DNA from: a virus
Lineage: Duplodnaviria; Caudoviricetes
IMG/VR virus record: IMGVR_UViG_3300017780_002683
Coordinates: 1 to 39,426 of that record
Length of the DNA stretch: 39,426 nt
Strand: one strand, 5' to 3'
Shown piece after piece: positions 8,412 through 16,599 of this stretch. The position numbers and the translations under genes were made by a program. Position 1 is the stretch's first letter. Every line of letters starts with the position of its first letter. A model generated the notes under the pieces. That model had not been told where the DNA came from. It saw nothing but the letters and a program-made list of their open reading frames with translations, and made no database searches.

Positions 8412-9941
8412 TTAATAGTAGGCAGCAGAGCGCCGGCGAAATAACTGCGGCTCATCTTTGCGGTCAGACGATAGCGACACAAAGCCCCCGCGTCTATAGC
8501 GCGCCAGGGCCATTGAAACACAGTCAACGAAGTCGTCGTGCTCGCCGTGGGGAAACTCCGCACATTCATTGATCACCTCGAACGCCCAGCGGTGATCTGG
8601 CGCCCAGACAACTTTATCGAACAGCATGGGTGCCACCGAGTTAACTCGCGCTCTCTTGTCATTGGACACACCTGCGCCTGCGCGTGACGGGCTGTAGTCT
8701 TCAACAATCAGCTCCATCTGACGAAGCTCCTGGATGAGCGGGGCACCGGCGGCCTTCTTCTCGATCAGCAGACACTCGGGCTGCCACTCCTTGTACTCGT
8801 CCATCGCCTTTTGCTTGAGCTGTGGGAACTCCCAACGCCCCTTGACCGCGTTGAGCATGATGATCTCATGGCGGCTGGTCTCTTCGTTGAACCACACACC
8901 CCATGTAATACAGGCGCTAAAGTCATTGTGGCTCTTCGTGTCGTGCGCCGTGTCCCAGACCTGGATCACAAACTCCACATCGGGCGGGTCGTCCTTCTCC
9001 CATATCTGCCACCACTCGCGCTTGAGGATGGCGCCCTCCTCGGACGTGGGCTCCTGCATGTACTGCGCGGCCCAGAACTGGGGCTGCATACCGGCCTTCT
9101 TTGCCAGCAACTGATTCACGGGCCACTGCTCAGGCCACAAGCTCTTGCCAGACGGCAGGATGGCTGGGAACCGCACTTCAGTCCAAGGCGTGCTGTTGGG
9201 GTTGTTCTCTGCCCAGGCCAGCGCCCTGCCGATCGGATCTTTCTTACCCCAGCGTGTACCAATCATGATAATGCGCCCACCGGGCATCAAGCGTTGGATA
9301 GGGCCGACCTGCATGTACTCCCACGCCACAGAGAACGCATGATCCGGGTTGGCCAAGACTGACTGTTCCGAGACCAAGTCATCGACCACCAGAAGGTGGG
9401 CGCCGTGCCCAGCTACGTTAGCGCCGATACCGATGGCCAGATACTTGCCGCCCGCAGTCGTCGTCCAGTTGTCTGCCGCGCTCTTGTCTTTAGAGACGGT
9501 GGTGTTGGGGAATATCTCCCGGTACGCTTTTGTGTCGAGCAGGTTGCGCACCTTACGCCCGAAGTCAGCGGAGAGCGCTGCCGTGTGGGTGGCCATCATA
9601 ATGTGATGACTAGGCAAGTGCCCCAAGTACCACGCCACAAACATATAGGCGATCGTCTCTGACTTACCGAAGCGTGGGGGCATGCTGACCGTCAGCCGCG
9701 TCTCTTCACCGTCCCGCACTTTGTGTAGCAACGGCTTCATATAGCGGTGATGGGGGCCTTCTTTCCACTCAGGGTATAGGTGGGCGCAGAACGTCAGAAA
9801 ATCGTCACGGCAGCGCTTTAAGAGCTTCTTGTGCTCAAGTGTTTCCAACTCACTCAGCAAGGCTTCCTTCTCTGCCAGCGGCATGCTGGGCAGGTTTGCC
9901 ACCAAAGCGGCTATCGCCTCTGATGAGAGTTCCTCAAGCAT
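8412..9941 (-). CDS. terL: Terminase large subunit
   Basis: Walker A PPRFGKS, Walker B LLVVDD, nuclease motifs WDTA and HDDFVD. Confidence 0.93.
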   Translation of the reverse strand: MLEELSSEAIAALVANLPSMPLAEKEALLSELETLEHKKLLKRCRDDFLTFCAHLYPEWKEGPHHRYMKPLLHKVRDGEETRLTVSMPPRFGKSETIAYMFVAWYLGHLPSHHIMMATHTAALSADFGRKVRNLLDTKAYREIFPNTTVSKDKSAADNWTTTAGGKYLAIGIGANVAGHGAHLLVVDDLVSEQSVLANPDHAFSVAWEYMQVGPIQRLMPGGRIIMIGTRWGKKDPIGRALAWAENNPNSTPWTEVRFPAILPSGKSLWPEQWPVNQLLAKKAGMQPQFWAAQYMQEPTSEEGAILKREWWQIWEKDDPPDVEFVIQVWDTAHDTKSHNDFSACITWGVWFNEETSRHEIIMLNAVKGRWEFPQLKQKAMDEYKEWQPECLLIEKKAAGAPLIQELRQMELIVEDYSPSRAGAGVSNDKRARVNSVAPMLFDKVVWAPDHRWAFEVINECAEFPHGEHDDFVDCVSMALARYRRGGFVSLSSDRKDEPQLFRRRSAAYY

Positions 9942-10551
9942 CCCGGCGCTCTACGACTTGACCGATCTCAGCGTCGATGGACTTCACGTCAATAACTTCT
10001 GCTGGCGTGGCGCTGGACGGGATGTTGGTGATGAACTTAGCCAAGCGCTCGCGCAGGCGCTTCTCGATCTCTTCTTCGCTGGCATCCTTCTTGGTGACTT
10101 CCACGCGCTCAGTAAAGAGTGCAACCTCCGTCACGTTGCCAAGCATCTGCAAGGCTTTCAGCCTGATGTTAGCGTTGGGGTTGGTTGTCTCTTCGACGAT
10201 TTTCGCTACAGCGTAGCCGCGCAGTTCCTTGGCCTGATGGATGAAGTCCCAATCATAGGCCGTCAGCATTCCTGTGAGGTGCTGCACTGCGGCAGGCGTC
10301 TTTATAGCGGCAAGGGCTTGCTTCTGCGTTGCGCTGCTGAGATCGAAATTAAGCGCGGTGAAAGCTGTCCGTGCGGCTTTGGTTTGCTGCTTGTCGTCTA
10401 CGTCTTTGTCTGAGGGGACTCCAAGGTCTTCAAGCCATGCCGCCGTCTCTAATTGAGCGTCGAGCATAGTAGCAGCGCCTACCTGCTCTATAGGAGTGAA
10501 GTCGCCTGCTGGTGATATTTCAGGCTCGAATTGCACCAAGTTCTCAAACAT
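9934..10551 (-). CDS. Putative terminase small subunit
   Basis: Overlaps the terL start; RLKALQMLG helix typical of TerS; start ambiguous (ATG 10551 or 10602). Confidence 0.65.
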   Translation of the reverse strand: MFENLVQFEPEISPAGDFTPIEQVGAATMLDAQLETAAWLEDLGVPSDKDVDDKQQTKAARTAFTALNFDLSSATQKQALAAIKTPAAVQHLTGMLTAYDWDFIHQAKELRGYAVAKIVEETTNPNANIRLKALQMLGNVTEVALFTERVEVTKKDASEEEIEKRLRERLAKFITNIPSSATPAEVIDVKSIDAEIGQVVERRDA

Positions 10552-10574
10552 TTGCGTATGCGTAGATGACATAT

Positions 10575-10603
10575 TTGCCTTCTCGTTGGTCGCAGTGTAC
10601 ATT
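10575..10603 (+). promoter_or_regulatory. Sigma70-type promoter for candidate sRNA
   Basis: TTGCCT(10575-80)-17 bp-TACATT(10598-603). Confidence 0.5.
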
Positions 10604-10609
10604 TACTTC

Positions 10610-10688
10610 GCGCTTTGCGCACATCTCTCTCCTGTTAGTTTTGTCTGAACCTCCTCCATTGCCCGCTTGGTTTCAAGCGGGCTTTTTT
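10610..10688 (+). ncRNA. Candidate anti-Shine-Dalgarno small RNA (~80 nt)
   Basis: Bounded by a promoter and an intrinsic terminator; contains UCUCUCCUGUUA and CCUCCUCC. Confidence 0.5.
10661..10688 (+). terminator. Rho-independent terminator
   Basis: GCCCGCTTG-GTTT-CAAGCGGGC-TTTTTT. Confidence 0.8.
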
Positions 10689-10852
10689 GCCTACTAATGT
10701 CTAAAGTTTTACAAAGAGCTATGCAAAATTTTTATAGTGGGGGTGGGGGGTCTAATTATTCAAAGCGCAACCTCAAGAGCATAACGCGAACCGCAAGGGC
10801 ATTAGCTAAAAAGACATAACGATGCGTCGCTGAATTTTTATAGTGGGTGGTG

Positions 10853-10940
10853 CTTAAATTGGCATAACTACACAGTGCGCTGGTCTTACTTAAATTGGCA
10901 TAACACACAATGCGCCGGCCTTACTTAAATTGGCATAACT
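10853..10940. repeat. ~36-bp tandem repeat, 2.5 copies
   Basis: CTTAAATTGGCATAAC at 10853, 10889 and 10924 with similar intervening sequence. Confidence 0.9.
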
Positions 10941-11046
10941 GTGTAGCGTGGTTGTGAAATACTGTTCCTGCCAAGCTCCCCTGCCCTCGTCATACAGCGG
11001 GGGGTGCCGGTACGGTGGGGTCGCGCCTGGGGCGATTGGCTGGAAT

Positions 11047-11162
11047 CGCTCTGCCGCTCTGCCGCTCTGCCGCTCTGCCGCTCTGCCGGCTCGCTGTGCT
11101 GTGCTGTGCTGTGCTGTGCTGTGCTGTGCTGTGCTGTGCTGTGCTGTGCTGTGCTGTGCTGT
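11047..11162. repeat. Adjacent microsatellites (CGCTCTGC)x5 and (GCTGT)x14
   Basis: Direct reading: 11047-11086 and 11093-11162. Confidence 0.95.
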
Positions 11163-11229
11163 GCCTGAATAAACTCAAGGCATGGGGTTTTCACCTATCA
11201 AACAGTTTATTGAAACGTCGATAAACCTA

Positions 11230-11259
11230 TTGACCTATCTTTTTATTTCGTGAGAGAAT
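11230..11259 (+). promoter_or_regulatory. Putative first early promoter
   Basis: TTGACC-18 bp-GAGAAT with TGn, AT-rich upstream; the -10 lies in the TGAGAGA/TCTCTCA palindrome. Confidence 0.4.
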
Positions 11260-11429
11260 CTCTCTCATGTTGTAGCGGTTTTTAAGTGTTAGCGGGGTCG
11301 CGTGGTGTTCGGCGGGGTTTATCCCCCGCATGCACAACGCGGGCTTAGTGGATTGAACAGCCCCCGACACTTCGAAACCGTGACATCCGATCACACTTTT
11401 TCACCCTTAACCTACCCGGAGATATCACC

Positions 11430-11942
11430 ATGAGCACATCCCCCTACACCACACACTGCGCAGCCCTTACAACAAAGAGCGAATCCTCAGACATCCGGAA
11501 GGATGTTTACCACGTGTTGCGTGCTATTGAGACTGAAGAACACTTCGTTGCAAAATGGTCGGCGAGTTTTCAAGGGCAAGCTTCTGAGGCCGTTGCGGAG
11601 GCTCTGTTACCCCATGTGGCCGCGTTCTATGGCGTGAAAACGAAAACACAAGGGACAGGTCGCGTCGTGATGTCGGGCACCGATAAGACCCTGAGGGATC
11701 GTGCCGCAAAACAATTGTCCCGCATGGTGCGTGCCATTGTGGGGGAAACCTCAGCCCATACCGCGGCTGTCGAAGCCGCAGAGGAGGGGGCAACTGAGGC
11801 AGAAACGAAAGAAGAAACCCCAGAGGCTACCTCCGAACAAATTGCCGCTATGGCGCAGTTGATCCAAGCATATGGGATGGACAGAAAACTCGCGAACAAA
11901 GCCCTCTCAAAAGCCTTTGCATTGATGAAGGCTTCCGCATGA
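11430..11942 (+). CDS. Hypothetical early protein (170 aa)
   Basis: GGAG RBS; first plus-strand gene. Confidence 0.7.
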   Translation: MSTSPYTTHCAALTTKSESSDIRKDVYHVLRAIETEEHFVAKWSASFQGQASEAVAEALLPHVAAFYGVKTKTQGTGRVVMSGTDKTLRDRAAKQLSRMVRAIVGETSAHTAAVEAAEEGATEAETKEETPEATSEQIAAMAQLIQAYGMDRKLANKALSKAFALMKASA

Positions 11943-12007
11943 AACAAGCCCTTTTTTCCATTGCCCTAGGCGTGACCTTTGGCCTGATATTCGCCCTCTA
12001 TTTTTAA
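11939..12007 (+). CDS. Putative 22-aa membrane peptide
   Basis: ATGA overlap with the upstream stop; MKQALFSIALGVTFGLIFALYF. Confidence 0.4.
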   Translation: MKQALFSIALGVTFGLIFALYF

Positions 12008-12040
12008 CCCTCGGGGGCACGTACCCCCATTGGATACACC

Positions 12041-12307
12041 ATGAAAATCGACACCCTTAAAAACTTCGTCCGTTCAGGCGGCTATGCATGGCCCGGCGGG
12101 TACCAAATGGCCCTCCTCATGGCGGACGGCGAAGTTATCGACGCACAGAGCGCACGGGAAAACTACCGACTCATTAGGCGAGCCATGCAACAGCCCGGCA
12201 CGTGCCGTGACTGGCAGGCTGTGGATGCATTCATCCACTGGGAGGGTGACCCCTTAACGTGCGCCCATTCAGGCCGCGACATCCCATCCGCCTACGGCAC
12301 GGACTAA
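12041..12307 (+). CDS. Phage hypothetical protein (YAWPGGY motif)
   Basis: GGA RBS and ACACC-ATG leader; YAWPGGY motif recalled from phage early proteins. Confidence 0.75.
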   Translation: MKIDTLKNFVRSGGYAWPGGYQMALLMADGEVIDAQSARENYRLIRRAMQQPGTCRDWQAVDAFIHWEGDPLTCAHSGRDIPSAYGTD

Positions 12308-12330
12308 GCCCCTACACCCCTCCCCCCTTA

Positions 12331-12361
12331 GGGCCCTCACGTTAACGCGTGAGGGCTCTTT
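12331..12361 (+). terminator. Putative terminator hairpin
   Basis: GGGCCCTCACG/CGTGAGGGCTC stem followed by TTT. Confidence 0.5.
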
Positions 12362-12687
12362 CGCATGCCCCTGCACTTCGCACAAAAAATCTGTGACACG
12401 TGTCACACTTTCCAAAATGCACACTCAAATAATTTCATACCTCACGCACCTTCTGAACATCAAACACGTACCCTTTCGCGTGGCGCTCTTAATCGTCGCG
12501 GCCCACTATCGCCAACCCACGCACACAATCGAACGCCTCTTTCACCGCGAAAATCTCTAACACTGGTCGGAAACGCCCAGCCCCTTAAGGCTAAAATGCC
12601 AATCTCACACAAAATAAACTGTTACATACAATTTAGAGTTCTCATTTTTCAACAATCCTAAATAAAGGTTGTCAAGCGTCGGCCTCT

Positions 12688-13096
12688 AACCCGCATGGAT
12701 GCTAGCGTCTAGGGGGGACTGGCTTTGCTACCCATATATATATATCTATTAAAAGAGATTTATATATAAGCACACTTTTTTCCTCTTTTTTCTTTTTTCT
12801 TTTTTCTTTTTTCTTTTTTCTTTTGAAAAAGAAAAATTTTTTTAGTTTGCTTTTGATGTGGGGAAAAAGTAGGTAGGAAGGCCAGTACCCCCTCCAACCC
12901 GCATGAATGCTTGCTCTCCAGCCATTCCTTGCCAAGATTTAGAATGCCCGAAATTGAAATAATAGGCCAGTAACCCCCCCCCTCTTTTTATGACCTCCCC
13001 GCTAACCCGCATGGATCCTTACGCTCAGAATTCCGGTTGTTTTCAATGTCAAACGAGTCTATGAGGCCAGAACCCCCCGAAACCCGCATGGATGCT
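12688..13096. repeat. Iteron-like repeats flanking an AT-rich tract (candidate origin)
   Basis: AACCCGCATGRATSCT at 12688, 12896, 13004, 13081; GGCCAGWA(A)CCCCC at 12880, 12965, 13065; (TA)n and (CTTTTTT)n tract at about 12734-12855. Confidence 0.75.
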
Positions 13097-13184
13097 TACT
13101 CTCCTCAATTTTGCTCACAACCTTTTCATTCGGACAGAACCTTTTATGTTGCTAAAATACAACACAAATAATTGAAATAAACTC

Positions 13185-13213
13185 TTGCATAACAATTTAT
13201 TCTGTGGCACAAT
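13185..13213 (+). promoter_or_regulatory. Sigma70-type early promoter
   Basis: TTGCAT-17 bp-CACAAT with TGn and an A/T-rich UP region. Confidence 0.6.
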
Positions 13214-13248
13214 CTCTTCATCGAATCAACAAATCGAAGGAAAACATC

Positions 13249-13503
13249 ATGAAAATCAAGCCCGAACACCTCAATTTGCTGCGCACGGCAGTCACCCAGC
13301 TGGACACCTCATTCCACCGAGACCGCTACAAAGCCGCCGAACTATCCGACCAACGCTATAGGTGGGATCTTCTTTTCCACGCACAACGCAAGAACATCGT
13401 TCCCGAACACTTCGTGTGCGACACCCTCTACCCCTACGCCAACGATGACCACATCGATACCGCCCTCAAGCGACTAGTCCCCACGCTGTACCCAAAGCAG
13501 TAA
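13249..13503 (+). CDS. Hypothetical early protein
   Basis: AAGGA RBS; RYRWDLL...LYPYANDDHIDTALK motif. Confidence 0.75.
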   Translation: MKIKPEHLNLLRTAVTQLDTSFHRDRYKAAELSDQRYRWDLLFHAQRKNIVPEHFVCDTLYPYANDDHIDTALKRLVPTLYPKQ

Positions 13504-13580
13504 AAGCAGAAAATAAAAAGTGTGACACCACGTCACACTTTTCTAGACAACCACCCACCAACGCACAAGGAACCTACATC

Positions 13581-13811
13581 ATGAGCAAGCCCTATAACGG
13601 ACACCTGAACTGGAATCACTGGAACGTGTCGCTGTGGATCAACAACGACGAGGGCCTCTACCGCATGGCGCTCGACCAAGTGCGCACCCACCGCAGGGCG
13701 GCTGCCGCGAAGAACATGCTCGACGACCTACGCTCAATCGGCACAACGCACACCCCGGACGGCGCGCCGTACTCGGTTTCATCCATTCGTGCCGCTATGC
13801 GCGGCATGTAA
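13581..13811 (+). CDS. Phage hypothetical protein (YNG..NW..WNVSLWINNDEGLY family)
   Basis: AAGGA RBS; motif recurrent in phage early regions. Confidence 0.75.
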   Translation: MSKPYNGHLNWNHWNVSLWINNDEGLYRMALDQVRTHRRAAAAKNMLDDLRSIGTTHTPDGAPYSVSSIRAAMRGM

Positions 13812-13845
13812 CCCCCACCAAACAAACGCACAAGGAACCTACATC

Positions 13846-14049
13846 ATGGCCTGCCTTATGAACTACACAATTCAATGCCGCGACATCACAACGGGTGAGA
13901 CGGGCTGTTTCCTGTTCGACACTGCGCACTGGCAAGCTACCGGGGAGTTCAAAGCGATTAGCCCTGTTATGCCCGGCCTGCCGCAGTTTTACGCATGGGA
14001 CAACGCCAACGGCACGAAACGCGAGGGGTGCTACCTCGAACGCGAGTAA
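13846..14049 (+). CDS. Hypothetical early protein
   Basis: Start re-called using the repeated leader AAGGAACCTACATC-ATG. Confidence 0.65.
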   Translation: MACLMNYTIQCRDITTGETGCFLFDTAHWQATGEFKAISPVMPGLPQFYAWDNANGTKREGCYLERE

Positions 14050-14121
14050 TAAACGCAGAATAAAAAGTGTGACACCACGTCACACTTTCCACCACCAACC
14101 AACCCACAAGGAACCCGCACC

Positions 14122-14268
14122 ATGCAATCTCTCTTAGGCTTCTGGATATACCTCCGCCAAGGCACCTATATCAGCACCCCCTATGCCGTGTTCTACGCCG
14201 ATGACGGCTTCGGCAACCTAGTCCCATCCCCGTGCCCCACGCACAGCATCCAGACCGCATCACTCTGA
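14122..14268 (+). CDS. Small hypothetical protein (48 aa)
   Basis: AAGGAACCCGCACC-ATG leader; not in ORF track. Confidence 0.55.
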   Translation: MQSLLGFWIYLRQGTYISTPYAVFYADDGFGNLVPSPCPTHSIQTASL

Positions 14269-14307
14269 CCACCCACCAACCCCACTCACCCACGGAGCAC
14301 CTACACC

Positions 14308-14712
14308 ATGACCAACGCAAACAGCAACGTATACCCCCTCGACAACATCATTGACGTGCGAGACCTTATCGAGCGCTTCGAAGCGCTGGACAGCTTGCGA
14401 GACAACGCGGGCGGCACCTTTAATGAGGGGTTCACCAAGGAAGATGCTGACGAAGCGCGGGAGCTACGCGCCCTCCTCGACGCGCTCAAGGGCCTAGGTG
14501 GGGACGAACAGTGGCGCGGTGACTGGTACCCCCTAACACTGATCCACGATGCATATTTCACCGAGTACACCCAAGAGCTACTAGAGGAGCTCGGCACCAT
14601 CCCCGGCGACTTCCCCGCATGGATCGCCATTGACTGGGAGCGCACCGCCGATGCTCTGCAAGAAGACTACACGCCCGTCGAGATAAACGGTCTCACCTAC
14701 TGGACACGCTGA
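14308..14712 (+). CDS. Acidic ArdA-like (anti-restriction) protein
   Basis: Strongly acidic; C-terminal IP...WIAIDWERTADALQEDY resembles the ArdA C-terminal YIDYE..ARDL pattern. Confidence 0.5.
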   Translation: MTNANSNVYPLDNIIDVRDLIERFEALDSLRDNAGGTFNEGFTKEDADEARELRALLDALKGLGGDEQWRGDWYPLTLIHDAYFTEYTQELLEELGTIPGDFPAWIAIDWERTADALQEDYTPVEINGLTYWTR

Positions 14713-14748
14713 ACAACCCCCTACCAACGCACCCGGAGCACCTACACC

Positions 14749-15222
14749 ATGAGCACCACATACAAAAACATCCAACGCTGGAATCTACCCGACGCATACG
14801 CGGGGGCCCAGTGGCCCGAGTATTTCGTTTTCCTCGGGCAGAGCCGCGACAGTGACGCGCTCACACGCTCGAACTTTACGCGGGGGCTTGAAATAATCGG
14901 CGGAGAGTCTGAGAGCGTGCACGTAGTTCGCGAGCGTCACTGGGCCGTGGGTTGGATCGAGTGGATAGCCATACATGAGAGTGACGCGCAAGCCCTGGCG
15001 GAGGCAGACGACATCCTGACAGCGCTCGAAGACTACCCGGTATTGGACTGCATGCACTTCTCGCAGCTTGAATGGGACGAAGCCGCAGCGTATTGGGCGC
15101 GCCTGTCAATACGCGACAGAGTGGACTATTGCGAACGTGCCGGCTTGTCGATATTTGCCGCACGCCGTGACTACCTCCCCCCGGACGACACCGGCGCACT
15201 GATGGAGATGCTCAGAGGCTGA
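14749..15222 (+). CDS. Phage hypothetical protein (HWAVGWIE motif)
   Basis: GGAG RBS; HWAVGW and LEDYPVLD motifs. Confidence 0.75.
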   Translation: MSTTYKNIQRWNLPDAYAGAQWPEYFVFLGQSRDSDALTRSNFTRGLEIIGGESESVHVVRERHWAVGWIEWIAIHESDAQALAEADDILTALEDYPVLDCMHFSQLEWDEAAAYWARLSIRDRVDYCERAGLSIFAARRDYLPPDDTGALMEMLRG

Positions 15223-15271
15223 ACCACACGCCAACCAACCCCCTACCAAATAAACTCAAAGGAACCACACC

Positions 15272-15496
15272 ATGACCCACGACCTGTACGCTATCGCAAA
15301 AGAACTCGATCAAACGGCGCAAGGCATTAGCTATCACGGCAACGCGCTACATGCGGCGAGGGTTGTCCCATGCGTGACGGCCAACGACGTGCAATGCATA
15401 AATAAATGGCTACACGGCACGAACACGCCTTCGGACGGCTTCAGACTTCAGGAAATCGCAAGCTACATCCGCGACTACGCTAAAAAAGAGGCATAA
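15272..15496 (+). CDS. Hypothetical protein
   Basis: AAGGA RBS, ACACC-ATG leader. Confidence 0.65.
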   Translation: MTHDLYAIAKELDQTAQGISYHGNALHAARVVPCVTANDVQCINKWLHGTNTPSDGFRLQEIASYIRDYAKKEA

Positions 15497-15500
15497 CACC

Positions 15501-15875
15501 ATGACCAACGTACACCGCAACAATTTCGAATTCCAGAACACGGCTCACACCACACCCGCCCAACTATGCGCCCACATCGCGTATGTCTACATCACTTCAG
15601 ACGGGCACGACGACCCCGAGGACGTGTCGATCATCCTGAGACGCTACACCGCCGACGAACTGACTGACGAATGCATCGAGGGGTGGAACCTGCACGACCA
15701 ATGGCTCACTGAGCGCAACATCACCCGCGCCAACATCCTCCACGCCATCGAGCATTTCATCCGCTACCGCCCCGACCAAACATTCAGCGACGAAGAGCTA
15801 CGCGAGTCGGAGCGCGACTATCAGAACGACATCGCCGAAAAAGAGAAACGCGAAGACCGCGCCTGTGGCGGGTAA
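15501..15875 (+). CDS. Hypothetical acidic protein
   Basis: GAGG RBS, ACACC-ATG leader. Confidence 0.65.
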   Translation: MTNVHRNNFEFQNTAHTTPAQLCAHIAYVYITSDGHDDPEDVSIILRRYTADELTDECIEGWNLHDQWLTERNITRANILHAIEHFIRYRPDQTFSDEELRESERDYQNDIAEKEKREDRACGG

Positions 15876-15930
15876 GCCCGACCAGTGTTAATGCCCCCAC
15901 ACAATCACCCACGCACAAAGAACCTACACC

Positions 15931-16599
15931 ATGACAACAAACCTCAATCTGACAATAAACGCTAAACACTTCGCGGCTGTTGCTTCGTTCCGCGCTGCCA
16001 TAGATATACGCATGTACCTCACGGGGGTGTGTATTGAGACCGGCCCTAAGGGGGCGTACGTCATCGCAACCAACGGCCACGCGCTGGCCGTGTCGAAGGT
16101 GGACAACGGCGACATAGTTGGCACTCTCCCTGCAACCGAGACGCAATTCATTCTCCCGCCGGACTGGTGCCCTGACCTTGTCAAACTGGCCAAAACGAAA
16201 ACCCCCGCATTCAGCATCACGCTGCCCGATCAACCCGGACAATACAACGGCGGCACCCCACGCACAGCCATCATCCACACCGTGACCTCGAAGCAATACC
16301 TCCACGAGCAACGCATAGCCGAGATGGACTGGAAGTTTGTTAACTGGCGCCGTGTCGCACGTCACGAGTACAGCCACGAGCCCGTGGCGTACGATCCCCG
16401 ATACCTCGCACTCGTCGACAACGCTGCGCACATCATCAAAGGCAACAAAAAAGAACACATCGGCACGCTGGTGCGCCCTGGCACGCTGGGGACGTGCGGT
16501 TTCGCATGGCTCGATATGCACGGCACCACCTGCGCATGGGTCAGCCCGATCAACGGGCCGATGGAAGGGATGCCAAGCGCACCAGCCTGGACAATCTAA
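15931..16599 (+). CDS. DNA polymerase III beta-clamp-like protein
   Basis: DIRMYLTGVCIE...VIATNGHALAV resembles the DnaN middle-domain R.YL.GV...ATDGH.L motif. Confidence 0.6.
   Translation: MTTNLNLTINAKHFAAVASFRAAIDIRMYLTGVCIETGPKGAYVIATNGHALAVSKVDNGDIVGTLPATETQFILPPDWCPDLVKLAKTKTPAFSITLPDQPGQYNGGTPRTAIIHTVTSKQYLHEQRIAEMDWKFVNWRRVARHEYSHEPVAYDPRYLALVDNAAHIIKGNKKEHIGTLVRPGTLGTCGFAWLDMHGTTCAWVSPINGPMEGMPSAPAWTI

Noticed and set aside
10853-10940. Mini CRISPR array
   Set aside because: The conserved part is only 16 bp and the intervening sequences resemble each other; this is a tandem duplication with no cas context
10925-11224. ORFs with QHSTA/AVLCC repeats
   Set aside because: Translations of the microsatellites; no RBS
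11286-11372. tRNA or other known ncRNA in the GC-rich leader of the first early gene
   Set aside because: Short hairpins exist (GCGGGG/CCCCGC) but no cloverleaf with correctly placed T-loop and acceptor stem could be built
12365-12935. ORFs 12365-12661 and 12702-12935
   Set aside because: No RBS and low-complexity poly-Lys/Phe content from the T-rich tract; region looks non-coding
13516-13542. Palindromes as MatP matS sites or canonical CRP boxes
   Set aside because: matS has a 3-nt spacer between GTGAC and GTCAC, here 4-5; CRP N6 spacing is met by only one of five copies
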